64,000 nucleotides of DNA from Camelus dromedarius (Eukaryota). The first letter of the stretch is position 1, and every line of letters starts with the position of its first letter. A model generated the notes under the pieces. It was not told the origin of the DNA. It made no database searches and saw only the letters and a program-made list of their open reading frames with translations. The position numbers and the translations under genes were made by a program. The stretch spans positions 24,740,001-24,804,000 of the forward strand of contig NC_087436.1 of assembly GCF_036321535.1 (NCBI RefSeq), in the 5' to 3' direction. Below, one piece after another: positions 63,190 to 64,000 of the stretch.

Positions 63190-63337
63190 CAGCCCTGGCC
63201 AATATGGCAGACACTGGCCCAGTGTGGCTGTTAGCATTTGGAGTGTGGCTGGTTCCATGAAATTACTACATCTTTAATTTAAATTAATTTAAAGTTAAAG
63301 AGTTACCTATGGCTAGTGGCTACTGTATTGGACATTG
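63190..63337. mobile_element. MER3/MER33-like hAT fossil
   Basis: CAGCCCTGGCCAATA...TGTGGCTGTTAGCATTTGG...ATGGCTAGTGGCTACTGTATTGGACA. Confidence 0.75.
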
Positions 63338-64000
63338 AGAGATCCAGCTGCACCCATGATGCCCGGGGACGATGTGTCCTTTCATGAATGCTTTTTGTTG
63401 TTATAATAGAGCTTGACTGTGGCACTATCATACAGAAGGGCTGGTTTGCACCCCAGTTCCTCTGTTTCTGCCCTCTTGTTTGTCACCACACCCCACTGGT
63501 GCATGTGACTTGGCCATGTCATCAGCATCCAAGAAGGGATAGAGAATGGAGTTGGACACATTCTACCATTATTCCTTGTTTCCTGGTGGGGTGAAAGATC
63601 TTAATCACCATGGAAAGTGCATTCTCTCAAAACAAAATGAGTTAGACGGGCATGTTGTCTCCAGACGCTTAGGGATTGCATCTCAATGGACTTCTGCCGT
63701 GGCGATGCCTCCTGCTTGGCAATATGGCCTGGCAGTCAAGTGCTCTGTTCAGTGTAGATTTTCAAAGTTGGTCAGAGATTTAATGCATATATAAGACCAG
63801 TTGACAGTTTGTTAAGATAAGCCCTTAAAAAAATGGCCTTAGGGTCCAAATGTCTATAGTCTGAACTTGACTCGATAAGAAAGGGAGAGGTCACATATCA
63901 CGTAGGTAAAAACGGAAGACAGTGACTCAGGAACTGCAGTTCCCTCGATCAGAGTTAATGACTTCCAGTCTTCCCCATCCTCTGGCATCCAGCTGCACCC

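Noticed and set aside
1..64000. CRISPR array, operon or other prokaryotic/viral system
   Set aside because: No repeat-spacer periodicity or dense coding DNA. No gag/pol/env interior is seen; only solo LTRs.

Overview
Mammalian non-coding DNA (large intron or intergenic region), most likely from a camelid. This is inferred from several tRNA-Ala(AGC)-derived SINEs of the Vic-1 type and cetartiodactyl-type L1 3' ends. I recognise no protein-coding gene, RNA gene, CRISPR array or prokaryote-type system. The ORFs supplied are short and fall mainly in repeats or low-complexity DNA. The window is a mosaic of young L1 3' fragments with target-site duplications (TSDs), SINEs, solo LTRs (ERV1, ERVL, MaLR), ancient L2/MIR/L1M/hAT fossils, microsatellites and enhancer-like unique sequence. 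The features least explained by ordinary repeats are: (1) a ~110-bp inverted repeat at 30599-30707 / 32231-32335, not recognisable as a transposon, whose outer 36 bp are perfectly complementary; (2) a solo LTR nested 4 bp from the end of an oppositely oriented solo LTR, both TSDs intact (8388-9537); (3) a probable processed-mRNA retrocopy fragment splitting an LTR16C (50411-50856); (4) a perfect (GGGGCGTGC)9 G-quadruplex-type VNTR; (5) twin full CRE sites made by an 18-bp duplication; (6) two tandem L1 3' ends bracketed by three copies of one target site. Repeat family names come from remembered consensus sequences, not a database search, and old-repeat boundaries are approximate. I cannot claim a new biological system from this sequence alone.
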